Below, in pieces: positions 48,279 to 57,959 of a stretch of DNA of 64,000 nucleotides. Each line of letters starts with the position of its first letter. Position 1 is the first letter of the stretch. The DNA is from Candidatus Woesearchaeota archaeon (GTDB taxonomy: Archaea > Nanobdellota > Nanobdellia > Woesearchaeales > GW2011-AR9), in NCBI GenBank assembly GCA_018696595.1, contig JABHQW010000003.1:128001-192000 (forward strand). The letters run 5' to 3'. Made by a program: the position numbers and the translations under genes. The notes below the pieces were generated by a model, which was not told the origin of the DNA, ran no database searches, and saw nothing but the letters and a program-made list of their open reading frames with translations.

Positions 48279-50351
48279 TCAATGTACTCTACAACCTTCT
48301 TTAACACCAGAAACAGTAACATCTTCAACTTTAGTGCTTAATTTCTTCTCTTTATAGAAAACATTGCCTTCTTTAACCATCATTTTAACTTTCTTGAAAT
48401 CATCAAATGTAATTTCCTTAGTTTCATTCTCCATTCCAGAAAATTGAACAGAATCACCTAGTTTAGACTTCTCAACATCCAAGATAGCCACATTTTCATG
48501 ATCATCAGCAGCAAAAATCATTCCTTCTGAAAGTTCGCCACGTAATTTAGCAGGTTTCATGTTTGCACAAAAGACAGCTTTCCTACCAACAAGTTCGTCA
48601 ACTTCAAACCATTTCTTCAATCCAGCAACAACTTGTCTCTTTCCAAGCTTTTTACCAAAATCAACTTGCATTAAGTAAAGTGAATCCGCATTAGGGTGAT
48701 CTTTAACTTCTTTTATCTGTCCAACTACCATTTGTAAAGGAAATTTTTCTGCAGTTTCAACAATTTCAACTTTCTCAACCAATTTCTCAACTTTTTTCAG
48801 TTTTCCTTTCCAAGTAAAGCCTAAATCTTTCCATAACACTTTTTTCTCTGATAAAGAAACAAATACTTTATCAGAAAATTCAGGAAGAACCGGACTAACA
48901 AGAATTGCTAAGTTCCTAGCAAGGTTCACACAAAAACCAACCTTGGCTTTGCTTTCAACAGAATCTTTATCTTTCCAAACTTCTGATTTTTGGAAGTAAG
49001 CGTTTCCCAAATCTGCAATTTGTAAAATTTTCTTTACAACAATTTTATAATCTTGTTCAGAATATGACCTTTCAATTTCAGCAAACAATTTCTCAGACTT
49101 TTTAATTAATTCTTTCTCTTCTTTACCGTCAGCAACTTCTTTAACAGCACCATAATTCTTTTCAGCAAAAGTTAATACACGATAACAATAATTCCCTAAG
49201 TTTCCCATGAGAACATTATTAGTTACAGCTTTGAAATCGTTAAGATTCAAATCAATATCAACAATTTTACGATCTAAACTTTGAGCATAGTAAAACCGAA
49301 GTGCTTCTGCAGAATAATCTTTCATAAAGTCTTTCGCGGTAAAGAATGTTCCTCTACTCTTTGACATTTTCTTCCCATTAACATTAACAAAACCGTGCAC
49401 AGTTAGTTTTGGTAAGGGAATACCAACCGCCATTAACATTGCTGGCCAAAATAGGAAGTGAAAATAAGCAATGTCTTTGCCAATAAAATGTTGTACGTTT
49501 CCTTTATACCAATAATCTTTCCAATTCTTTTTCAGATTTTTTGTTGAAGAAATGTATCCAATTGGAGCATCTAACCACACATAAAAATACTTTTTCTCAC
49601 CGGTTTCTTTCTTACTATTTGGAATCTCAAAACCATAATAAGGTTCATCACGAGAAACACACCAATCTTCTAACCCTTTTTTGATCCAGTTGTTTAACCA
49701 ATTTCTCATCTCTGGCTGAATTCCTGATTGTTTATCATTAAACCATTTCTCTAAAGTTTTTGAGAATTTTTTCAATTTGAAAAAGTAATGTTCACTTTCT
49801 TTTTGGATTGGCGTTTTACTGCATAAAGAACATTTGGGATTAATTAAATCAATCCCTTTTAGGATGATACCACAACTCTCACAAATGTCTCCATATTGTT
49901 CTGTGGTTGCGCAATGTGGACAAGTTCCCCTAACGTATCTATCAGGGAGAGACCTCTCACAACTGGAACAATAAATAACATTCATTTTCTTTGTATAAAT
50001 CAGATCCTTCTTTCTCAATTCGCTAAAAAAGTATTCAGCTAATTCTTTATTTTCTTCTGAATCAGTATGATAATAATTGTCAAAACCTATTAAAAAAGAG
50101 GCAAAATCTTTTTGGTGTTCTTTTAGAAACTTTGAAGCAAATTTCTTTGGAGACTCTCCTGCTTTTTTAGCGTTAACTTCAATTGGTGTTCCGTGCATAT
50201 CTGAAGCACAAACATATAATGCATCTTTCCCTAACGATTTTAAGAATCTAGTATAAACGTCTGCTTGAATGTATTCTAAGAGATGACCAATATGAATATT
50301 GCCGTTCGCGTAAGGCAAAGCGGCAGTTACAATTATCTTTTCTTTTGCCAT
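48279..50351 (-). CDS. metG: Methionyl-tRNA synthetase with C-terminal tRNA-binding (OB) domain
   Basis: ALPYANGNIHIGH, CASDMHGTP, two Zn knuckles, YVWLDAPIGY, KMSKSRG, NMKPAKLRGELSEGM. Confidence 0.97.
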   Translation of the reverse strand: MAKEKIIVTAALPYANGNIHIGHLLEYIQADVYTRFLKSLGKDALYVCASDMHGTPIEVNAKKAGESPKKFASKFLKEHQKDFASFLIGFDNYYHTDSEENKELAEYFFSELRKKDLIYTKKMNVIYCSSCERSLPDRYVRGTCPHCATTEQYGDICESCGIILKGIDLINPKCSLCSKTPIQKESEHYFFKLKKFSKTLEKWFNDKQSGIQPEMRNWLNNWIKKGLEDWCVSRDEPYYGFEIPNSKKETGEKKYFYVWLDAPIGYISSTKNLKKNWKDYWYKGNVQHFIGKDIAYFHFLFWPAMLMAVGIPLPKLTVHGFVNVNGKKMSKSRGTFFTAKDFMKDYSAEALRFYYAQSLDRKIVDIDLNLNDFKAVTNNVLMGNLGNYCYRVLTFAEKNYGAVKEVADGKEEKELIKKSEKLFAEIERSYSEQDYKIVVKKILQIADLGNAYFQKSEVWKDKDSVESKAKVGFCVNLARNLAILVSPVLPEFSDKVFVSLSEKKVLWKDLGFTWKGKLKKVEKLVEKVEIVETAEKFPLQMVVGQIKEVKDHPNADSLYLMQVDFGKKLGKRQVVAGLKKWFEVDELVGRKAVFCANMKPAKLRGELSEGMIFAADDHENVAILDVEKSKLGDSVQFSGMENETKEITFDDFKKVKMMVKEGNVFYKEKKLSTKVEDVTVSGVKEGCRVH

Positions 50352-50479
50352 TTCAATTAACTAAGTAAAAATAGATTTATTTAAAGGTTGCTGTATTTTT
50401 AAGGGGGCAGTAATTCACCACCCCTGAGGCAGTACAAAACAAAACATTTATAAAGGCCCCATTAAACTTAAGTTTTAAA

Positions 50480-50710
50480 ATGAAAAGAATACATCCCCTA
50501 ATGGAACAAAAAAAAACAATTGATACACATTGCCGAGGAGCAGAACAAAGCATCCCCACCTCATTTAGTGCAAGATGCCATTTAACTGAACCAAATTGCC
50601 CTCATGCTTCAGGAAATAATTATTTCCCAGTAGAAGGAAAACTGTATCCTGTATGTAGATCAGGAGTGAATTTGGATAAAGAAAGAAAAGCATATGAAAG
50701 AATTGATTAA
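50480..50710 (+). CDS. Small Cys/His-containing hypothetical protein
   Basis: TTTATAAA at 50447-50454; 4 Cys and 4 His. Confidence 0.55.
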   Translation: MKRIHPLMEQKKTIDTHCRGAEQSIPTSFSARCHLTEPNCPHASGNNYFPVEGKLYPVCRSGVNLDKERKAYERID

Positions 50711-50746
50711 CAAATCTTTTAAATACTAACAATTCTTAGAGCATTA

Positions 50747-52021
50747 ATGTTCGATTTCATAAAAAAAATATTCTCCAGTAAAGAACCAGAGCAAGTAGAA
50801 GTTGCCCTAGAAGAATTAGAATCTTGGTTTAACAAAAAAGTTTCTAAATTAAGTTACAATATTTTTCTCAAAAATTATTTTCAAGAGATTAAGAAACTAA
50901 AAAAAGAATTGAAAGAAAAAACAGAAAAACTAAGCATTGCAGAAATTAACGAGAAAGAACACAAAGGCGTTGATGACCGAGTAAGGAATGTTGTTAAAGG
51001 ACACAGAGACAATTATGTTCGAGAAGCAGAAAGGTTTGGTGAAAATATTAATGTTATTGAAAAAGAAAATTTCTCTACAATTGAAGATTATAAACAAGCC
51101 CTTGAATTTAACAAGAGAATAGACAAAAAGATTGAAGAGTTAGCGAAAAGAACTGCTAAAAGCTATCAAGCATCACAACACTTATTCTTTGAACCAGTAG
51201 AAGCAGTTTTCAAAATAATCGGACAAACTAATTTACTTGTTAAGAAGTTTACAAGAAAGATTTCTGAGAAAGAATTAACTGAATTAGAAGAGATTAAACA
51301 GAAAATAAAATCAATATTCTCAGAGAAAGAAAAAGGAAAAGATTTTGAAAAGAAAAGTAAAGAGAAAGCAGAGTTTCTTGAAGGCAAAAGAAAAGAGTTA
51401 GAAGAAAAAGAAAAAGAACTTAATGCCCTGAAAGAAAGCCCAGAACACGAACAATTATTAAAACAAAAACAAGAAATAGAGAAACTAGAAACAGAAATAA
51501 AAAAGAACGAAAACGAGATATTTACTTTCTTTTCTAAATTAAATAAACCGTTAAGAAAATATGAACGGGTTGCCCTGGATAGTAAACTAATTGCCTTGTA
51601 TTTAGAGAATGCAACTAAATCTTTCTTTAACGACGAAGAATTAAAGATTAAAGAAGTGTTACAAGGACTAAAAAGAAGCATAGATTCTTTAAATTTTGAA
51701 GAAAAACAAAAAAATAACTTTATTGAATTAATTGATAAAAGCGAAACGAGTTTCTTGAATGAATTATTATCTTCTGGCAAAAAATTGAAAGAGGACAAAG
51801 AGATTGTTGTTAAAGAGATTAATCAGAGTGAAGTCTCTAAGAAAATTGAGGAAAAAGAAAAAGAGATTGATAATTCTAAAGAAAGAATCGAAAGAATAGA
51901 GAAAGAATTGGAAGAATTAAAATCAAAATTAGAAAAAATTGATTTAGAAAAAGTAAAACAAGAAGTTAAAGAAAAACTTCAAAACTTATTCTTTGTTGAG
52001 ATTACTTTTTCTTCTTCTTAA
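50747..52021 (+). CDS. Long coiled-coil protein
   Basis: Extensive E/K heptads; no Walker motifs. Confidence 0.8.
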   Translation: MFDFIKKIFSSKEPEQVEVALEELESWFNKKVSKLSYNIFLKNYFQEIKKLKKELKEKTEKLSIAEINEKEHKGVDDRVRNVVKGHRDNYVREAERFGENINVIEKENFSTIEDYKQALEFNKRIDKKIEELAKRTAKSYQASQHLFFEPVEAVFKIIGQTNLLVKKFTRKISEKELTELEEIKQKIKSIFSEKEKGKDFEKKSKEKAEFLEGKRKELEEKEKELNALKESPEHEQLLKQKQEIEKLETEIKKNENEIFTFFSKLNKPLRKYERVALDSKLIALYLENATKSFFNDEELKIKEVLQGLKRSIDSLNFEEKQKNNFIELIDKSETSFLNELLSSGKKLKEDKEIVVKEINQSEVSKKIEEKEKEIDNSKERIERIEKELEELKSKLEKIDLEKVKQEVKEKLQNLFFVEITFSSS

Positions 52022-52412
52022 TTGCCTTAAGTTTCTTAGTTACAGGAATCTTAGCACCACAATGTTCACACTCAATAACATAAGCATCTACGCCTTTGAA
52101 CTTTTTTCTTTTGTAGACACAAGTGCCTTCCCCATCTTTACCACATTCAGGACAAGTATATTGTGCTTCTAATGTTAAAGAGGCTTCGTGTTCAGCTTTT
52201 GGTTCAGTATGGCCACACCCCGGACAAACATATTCCAAAGAACGTGGTTTCGCCCTACCTGTTTTTGGATTCACTGGTTTACCCATTTTAGCTTTTTTAC
52301 ATTTAGGACATTCTTTTCTGTAAACCCAAGCTAGAACATTGCCATTCTCGCCAATACTTCGATTTGTAAAGTATAAACATTCTTCCATTGATTCAGGAGT
52401 TTTTAGTGCCAT
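52002..52412 (-). CDS. Multi-zinc-ribbon protein
   Basis: Four CxxC pairs (CPKC, CPGC, CPEC, CEHC); AGGTGA SD before ATG 52412. Confidence 0.8.
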   Translation of the reverse strand: MALKTPESMEECLYFTNRSIGENGNVLAWVYRKECPKCKKAKMGKPVNPKTGRAKPRSLEYVCPGCGHTEPKAEHEASLTLEAQYTCPECGKDGEGTCVYKRKKFKGVDAYVIECEHCGAKIPVTKKLKAIKKKKK

Positions 52413-52451
52413 TTCTTTATTCACCTTTTTCAGTTTTCTGATAATAAAATG

Positions 52452-52691
52452 TTATAAGTAATAAACCTTTCCCCCTAATGAGTTTTTGATTGCTTTAATG
52501 GTATACCCACCAAGATTATCATTGAAAAAATAAACTAATTCTTGCTGACTAGGATTCTCATTACAAGTATCAATAGCCAATAATCTAACATCAAACTTAG
52601 CAACAAATTGTTCTAGATCAGATAAATTAAATGCTAAAGAAGATAGTTGTTCTACCGTTAAAGGATCAATTAATTCTTCGGACAAGATCAT
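52452..52691 (-). CDS. Small hypothetical protein
   Basis: ATG 52691 lies immediately after the upstream stop. Confidence 0.5.
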   Translation of the reverse strand: MILSEELIDPLTVEQLSSLAFNLSDLEQFVAKFDVRLLAIDTCNENPSQQELVYFFNDNLGGYTIKAIKNSLGGKVYYL

Positions 52692-52692
52692 C

Positions 52693-53490
52693 TTATAATC
52701 TCTTAATCTCAATTGAGATTGCTGTTTTATTTATCCGAATGTATCTAGGACATTCAGTAAATTCAAGAGAATTATTCTCGCAGTATTTAATAATCTTTTC
52801 TTTTACATCATCATTATTGAATTCAACAATTACAACAAAACCCAGATGATTTTTGTTGATAACATTGTAATCTTTCAGATCTCCAATAACTTGGGTTCTT
52901 CTTTCTGTTAGAAACTTGATTCTGTTAGGCAAATCATCAATCTTTTCATTAATAGTTTTTAATTTTTCTTCGTCTTCTAAAACTTCAAAAGTATCTTTGA
53001 TTTGGTTGAAGACAGATTCTTCTTTGCAAGAGATGAAACCACCAACTTTTGCTTCAATTAGTTTCCATCTACCAAAAGAAGAAAGCATTACGTCCGCATA
53101 ATCTCCGTTGCATAATTTAGTTCCAATCGCCCCAGAGATGTCTAGAACAACTAAACAATCATTTTCTTTACAGATTTTATAGATTTCTTCCATTTGCTGT
53201 TCAGCGTGATAACCACCAGGATTTTGATATAAGAAAACATCTGCTTCTTTTACTTTCTCTTTTAGATCTTCCAAATCAATGATTGCGTTATTACAAGCAA
53301 CTTTCTCAAAATCAATTCCCATCTTAGCAGGAAACTTCTCATAACTTAACCAACCACCTTCTTCTGGGATTAAAAGTTTCTTTTTCACTAAATGTAACGC
53401 AGACCAGATGGCTTTATCTCCTTTGAGAACTATCTCTATATGATCGTGTTTAGTTAATTCTTTCAGCTTGTTGATTATTTCTTCTTTCAT
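52693..53490 (-). CDS. Short PLP-dependent transferase (DegT/DnrJ-like fold)
   Basis: LVVLDISGAIG (PLP Asp), SSFGRWKLI (Schiff-base Lys), GGFI. Confidence 0.7.
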   Translation of the reverse strand: MKEEIINKLKELTKHDHIEIVLKGDKAIWSALHLVKKKLLIPEEGGWLSYEKFPAKMGIDFEKVACNNAIIDLEDLKEKVKEADVFLYQNPGGYHAEQQMEEIYKICKENDCLVVLDISGAIGTKLCNGDYADVMLSSFGRWKLIEAKVGGFISCKEESVFNQIKDTFEVLEDEEKLKTINEKIDDLPNRIKFLTERRTQVIGDLKDYNVINKNHLGFVVIVEFNNDDVKEKIIKYCENNSLEFTECPRYIRINKTAISIEIKRL

Positions 53491-53551
53491 TGAATATAGA
53501 ATTATCTAGTTACTTTATAAAAATAATGGAAAAAAAGAAAAGAAAAAAAAA

Positions 53552-54301
53552 CTAACTGGTTTCAGAAGTAGCTAATTCAGTGCAAGTAACCTTTAGCAAT
53601 TCAACATCTATTCCCACTGCAGGAACAATGTTATTACAAAGTTCTGGATTTTTCTTTATCTCTGCTAAACTTACAAAACAAGTAGACGTCGAAAAAGGAT
53701 CATCCATTTTGTTGCAAATAGTTTCGTCTTCCAATAATTCTGCCATTTCCCTGTAACAGTTCTTTTGAGTTACTGCTGAAGCTTCCTCGATAGAAACAGG
53801 CAATTTATCACAAATTGAAATATCTGATTTGGCTTTTGCCAAAGTTAACAAACATTTTTCATTTGTAAACTTAGAAGTAATCTTATCACAAATGGATTCG
53901 TCAAGAGTAACTTCTGCCATTGCTAAGAAACAATTATTCTTATTTAATTCTGAATCAATTAACTCACAAAAACTAGAATCCTTTTTAATAGTGGCTAAAC
54001 AATTATTCTTGATATTATTTTCAGTGATTTGATTACATAGCTTTTCATCGGAAGAGGAAAGGGCAATCTTATTTATACAAGAATTTTTCATTAACTCGTC
54101 TACCTTACCACAAACATCTACATTCCCGGTTGTTTCAGCTAAATCAAAATAACAATTTAAATTGTCTAACTTACCGGTCAACAGATCACATTTTTGGTAT
54201 TCTGATTCTAAATCAACCTCCACAACATCTTCAGCAGGACTACAACCAACAATAAACATTGCAATTACTAATAAACTTAAGAAAACAATTATCTTTTTCA
54301 T
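53552..54301 (-). CDS. Lipoprotein with about 8 helical two-Cys repeats
   Basis: MFIVGC lipobox; C-x9-18-C-x3-LA-x4-D-x3 repeats. Confidence 0.8.
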   Translation of the reverse strand: MKKIIVFLSLLVIAMFIVGCSPAEDVVEVDLESEYQKCDLLTGKLDNLNCYFDLAETTGNVDVCGKVDELMKNSCINKIALSSSDEKLCNQITENNIKNNCLATIKKDSSFCELIDSELNKNNCFLAMAEVTLDESICDKITSKFTNEKCLLTLAKAKSDISICDKLPVSIEEASAVTQKNCYREMAELLEDETICNKMDDPFSTSTCFVSLAEIKKNPELCNNIVPAVGIDVELLKVTCTELATSETS

Positions 54302-54358
54302 ATATATCAACCCCTATTTTTAAATTAAGTTAAGTTAATATTTTATTATTAATAAAGG

Positions 54359-54988
54359 TTACGTAAACCAACTAATGATAGTATAAAAACGAAACTGTTG
54401 TGCTAAATTCAAAGGTAATGTGGACCGATATAACCATATACCTATTATCGCCAGTATTAAAAAAGTTCCAATGATACTAATAATTAAACCATATCTCCTA
54501 ATGTTCTTAGGTTTAAAATATAAAATAATGCCAGATGCACTAAGCCCCAAACCAAATAATCCAATTACCAAAATAACCAAAGCCCCAAGATAAGATTTCT
54601 TCCAACCAAGAAACCATGAAGTCTGTGCCACCCACAAAAAGAAAGAAAAAATCAAACTTCCAAGCCCGCATAAAAAACTCCAGATTCCAAAATTAATTCT
54701 TTTCTTCTTATTAATCTTTTTAGGTTTCTTAACTAATTTTCCATTCTTTCTATCCTGAACATAACTATAAACATGGTAAACAATGTAAAAAAAAGTATAA
54801 GCTACTAAAAGTGGAAACAAGAAAAACCCAAAATTATCCAAAATCCGGCTAATAACAGTACATTCATTGATAAAACCACATTCAGATCTTTTTGTTGCTT
54901 GTGTATAGATTAAAAATAAATTAATTACATAAAACGAAACTAGAACGTACCATTTCAACGAAAATAATTTCTTAATTTTCGGATTCAT
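54359..54988 (-). CDS. Membrane protein
   Basis: 5 hydrophobic segments. Confidence 0.65.
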   Translation of the reverse strand: MNPKIKKLFSLKWYVLVSFYVINLFLIYTQATKRSECGFINECTVISRILDNFGFFLFPLLVAYTFFYIVYHVYSYVQDRKNGKLVKKPKKINKKKRINFGIWSFLCGLGSLIFSFFLWVAQTSWFLGWKKSYLGALVILVIGLFGLGLSASGIILYFKPKNIRRYGLIISIIGTFLILAIIGIWLYRSTLPLNLAQQFRFYTIISWFT

Positions 54989-55012
54989 TTATACACCTTT
55001 TTTTAATTTTTA

Positions 55013-55306
55013 TCATGCAGCACTTTTGATAAATATGTTAAGTATGAGTAAAACATCTAAAATAATTCCCAGAATACTAAGTATTAATGCCCATTTCTTT
55101 TTTTCAGAAGAAATACTATACAAAACAATTCCAAGAAATCCCAGAAGTAGACCTAACAATAAACCAAAAATAATTAGATTACCTAAACTATACATCAATC
55201 TTGTTACTCTTAAAACAATAAACAATAACAAAAACAAAAATGGAGCAACAATACTTCCAATACCACACCTCAAACTCCATTTCCCATAATCTTTTTTCTC
55301 AATCAC
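55013..55306 (-). CDS. Small membrane protein
   Basis: 3 TM helices; GTGA overlap with the site-2 protease stop. Confidence 0.6.
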   Translation of the reverse strand: MIEKKDYGKWSLRCGIGSIVAPFLFLLLFIVLRVTRLMYSLGNLIIFGLLLGLLLGFLGIVLYSISSEKKKWALILSILGIILDVLLILNIFIKSAA

Positions 55307-56442
55307 TTTTGTTTATGTTTCCTCTTCTTAACCTTACCCAACTTGCCAAACTTAAATTCCCACACTAACCGATGCATTACAGATTTCTTAGAAACAACAC
55401 CTAAAACTTTTTTACCATCCATTACAGGAAGAATCTCCAGCCCAGTTTCAGCAAACTTTCTAAAAGCAGTATAAGCACTATCCTTTGAACCTAAAGTCTT
55501 AATCTGATGTAAAGGGATAGAAACTTGTTTCAGTTTAATCATTTCTTGCATTTTTACAGGCATCTTATTGATCTGTTTCAAATCTATTATACCAACAAAC
55601 CCCTTTCCCTTAACAATAAACACTTCTTCATCTTTATTAGCGTACTTCTTAACAAAATCAACGAACTTCATTGAAGGAGAAAGTTTAGCATACTTTTTCT
55701 TAAGTAATTCTTTAACACGAATATCTGCAAGAACTTCTCTCATCGCCACTTGTTCATAACTAGCACCAGCAATAAAGAATAAGAACCCCCCTAAGAAAAC
55801 AAACCATAACCCTGCACCAATCCCATTAAATAATCCAATAACACCTAAAACTATCAAGAATCCAGCAAAGAATTTCCCAATACTAACCGCAATCTTTGTC
55901 GCTTTTCTCAAATCTTTAAAATACCAATAAAGAATTGCTCTGAAAGCTCGACCACCATCTAAAGGAAATGCTGGGATTGAATTGAATACGGCCAAGATCA
56001 AATTTAATTGATACAAATAAAAACTAATCGCAGTAATAAATACACTAAAACCATTCTGGTTAACTAAATAAAATACTCCAGCCAACAATAAAGAAAATAT
56101 GGGCCCAGCAATCGCCATTTGAAATTCTGAACTTGGTTTCATATCTTCACGAGTAATTCCAGCGACACCACCAAAAAAGAATAATGTGATTGATTCAACT
56201 TTAATCCGTTTAGCTTTAGCAACTAATGAATGTGATAACTCATGTAATAAAACTGAAACAAATAATAGTAAAGAAGCAGTTATGCCCATCGACCAATACA
56301 TCTCTTTAGACAGATCTGGAAAGAATTCTGGAAAAAAGCTAGCAGATAAACTCCAAGCTAGTAAAGCAAACACAAACCACCAAGTGAAATGTAATTTTAT
56401 ATCTATCCCAAATATTCTAAACAGCTTAGTCGAACCTCTCAT
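55303..56442 (-). CDS. Site-2 protease (M50) with CBS domains
   Basis: LLHELSH (HExxH), AIAGP, FNSIPAFPLDGG (NxxPxxxxDG), C-terminal CBS pair. Confidence 0.93.
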   Translation of the reverse strand: MRGSTKLFRIFGIDIKLHFTWWFVFALLAWSLSASFFPEFFPDLSKEMYWSMGITASLLLFVSVLLHELSHSLVAKAKRIKVESITLFFFGGVAGITREDMKPSSEFQMAIAGPIFSLLLAGVFYLVNQNGFSVFITAISFYLYQLNLILAVFNSIPAFPLDGGRAFRAILYWYFKDLRKATKIAVSIGKFFAGFLIVLGVIGLFNGIGAGLWFVFLGGFLFFIAGASYEQVAMREVLADIRVKELLKKKYAKLSPSMKFVDFVKKYANKDEEVFIVKGKGFVGIIDLKQINKMPVKMQEMIKLKQVSIPLHQIKTLGSKDSAYTAFRKFAETGLEILPVMDGKKVLGVVSKKSVMHRLVWEFKFGKLGKVKKRKHKQK

Positions 56443-56519
56443 TAAGAAGAATTATTATTTTTAATTATATAAATGTTTGTTTTAAAGAAAAAAAAGAAAA
56501 AAAGAAAAAAAGGTTTATT
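56382..56519. repeat. Direct repeat copy A (site-2 protease 5' end + promoter + T-rich terminator)
   Basis: Aligns with 57832-57959; 56461-56519 is identical to 57901-57959. Confidence 0.9.
56488..56511 (-). terminator. Oligo-T terminator of the 416-aa lipoprotein gene
   Basis: T-tracts separated by single C residues on the minus strand, just after the stop; repeated at 57928-57951. Confidence 0.65.
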
Positions 56520-57750
56520 ATGGACAACCAGCACCAGCAATTTCTCCAACCATCTCCCAACCGGAATTAGTATCACATTTAGGAACTCCGTCAGAAATCC
56601 AACCAAATTTTTTCATTGTACCATTTGCTTCACAGATTGGTATGCCACATTCCTTACATAACGGTTTTTGATAATACGAATTGAAACCTTCTCCAGCCTC
56701 ATAACAGGTCCCGTTATTTTCGTAAAGAGGACGACAATCCTTAGGGATTTCAAACTCTTCCCCAGGGAAACAAGAACTACTAGTAAGATTAACAAAGTTA
56801 TCCCCGTCACAATAAGTATCAATTTGTCCTATATTACAACATCCTGTACCCTCCAAACAATAGTTTTCGGTAGGCCCACAGTATTGATCTGTTTCATAAG
56901 TACTACAACTTTGGTTGTAGTATTCTGTATACGCAAGCCAATAACCATATGGTTTTTTACAAGTAATCTCTCCAGTTGCTTGACCTTGTTCACAATTAGG
57001 TGATTCTACACAAACACTATCTACACAAGTTCCGCTTTCGCAAACCACACCACAAGCACCACAATTATTAGAGTCTGTTGCAATATAATTATCACAAGCT
57101 AAACTACCATCATTATCTTGACAGTTCTTCCAGCCATTATCACAAGCACAGTTGGCCCCATTAGTACTATCAGAATTTACAAGGCAGTATGAATTTATAC
57201 CACAATCTTGCTCAAAACCACCACAATTTTCATTGGTTGTACAATAAGCAGTCACAATCATTTCTATCCCTTGATTAGCATAATTATAATATTCTTCTTC
57301 ATTAAGAACAACTTTGCCATCGACAGTAACAACTGTTTTATCAACCCAACCGTCCCCGTCATTATCTACTCCATCACAAATTTCAGCTTGAACACAAGTG
57401 CCAGCAGCAATATCACACCCATTCTCGCAAGCTAACCAAGATCGAGAAATAGTATTTCCACTTCTACCAGAATTACAATAATATTCTACAATTTTTCCTT
57501 TATAACATCGATCCGTATAAGGACCATAATCTTTTCCATATCTTGTAAAAGTTAAACTTCCTTTTACAAATACGCTAGAGTCAGCATCAGGACTTTTATC
57601 ACAAGAATCTACAGGGGAAAAAGAAGCCTGTCCGGCAAGAGCACCAGAGTCTCCTTCAAAACCTTCCTCTGCAGGAAGTTCTTCAGCACAACCAACAATA
57701 AACATTGCTATAACAAGCAGAATCAACATAATTAAAACATTTCTTTTCAT
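56518..57750 (-). CDS. Cys-rich mosaic lipoprotein, copy 1
   Basis: GAGGAG SD, ATG 57750; MFIVGC lipobox; EICDGVDNDGDGWVD and DSNNCGACGVVC motifs; CEQGQATGEITC module. Confidence 0.85.
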   Translation of the reverse strand: MKRNVLIMLILLVIAMFIVGCAEELPAEEGFEGDSGALAGQASFSPVDSCDKSPDADSSVFVKGSLTFTRYGKDYGPYTDRCYKGKIVEYYCNSGRSGNTISRSWLACENGCDIAAGTCVQAEICDGVDNDGDGWVDKTVVTVDGKVVLNEEEYYNYANQGIEMIVTAYCTTNENCGGFEQDCGINSYCLVNSDSTNGANCACDNGWKNCQDNDGSLACDNYIATDSNNCGACGVVCESGTCVDSVCVESPNCEQGQATGEITCKKPYGYWLAYTEYYNQSCSTYETDQYCGPTENYCLEGTGCCNIGQIDTYCDGDNFVNLTSSSCFPGEEFEIPKDCRPLYENNGTCYEAGEGFNSYYQKPLCKECGIPICEANGTMKKFGWISDGVPKCDTNSGWEMVGEIAGAGCP

Positions 57751-57809
57751 TTTCACATCACTCCTCATTTTTTACTAAATTAAATTAAATTAAGTAGACT
57801 TTATTCCTT

Positions 57810-57882
57810 TATAACTTTTCCCCTATCATAAAAGTGAAAAGTAATTTTATATCTATCTTAAAAATCTTAGTTGAACCTCTCA
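57810..57882 (-). pseudogene. Remnant of the site-2 protease 5' end
   Basis: GTG-RGSTKIFK---IDIKLLFT.. versus MRGSTKLFRIFGIDIKLHFT; reaches a stop after about 24 codons. Confidence 0.7.
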
Positions 57883-57959
57883 CTAAAAAGAATTATTTTT
57901 TTAATTATATAAATGTTTGTTTTAAAGAAAAAAAAGAAAAAAAGAAAAAAAGGTTTATT
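57832..57959. repeat. Direct repeat copy B
   Basis: Same as copy A but with a 9-nt deletion and a 1-nt indel. Confidence 0.9.

Noticed and set aside
48137-48328. 63-aa ORF across the GC-rich hairpin
   Set aside because: It overlaps the metG end and the operon promoter, has no SD or motif, and the region is better explained as RNA/DNA structure.
50747-52021. SMC/Rad50-like ATPase
   Set aside because: Coiled coil only; no Walker A/B or signature motif.
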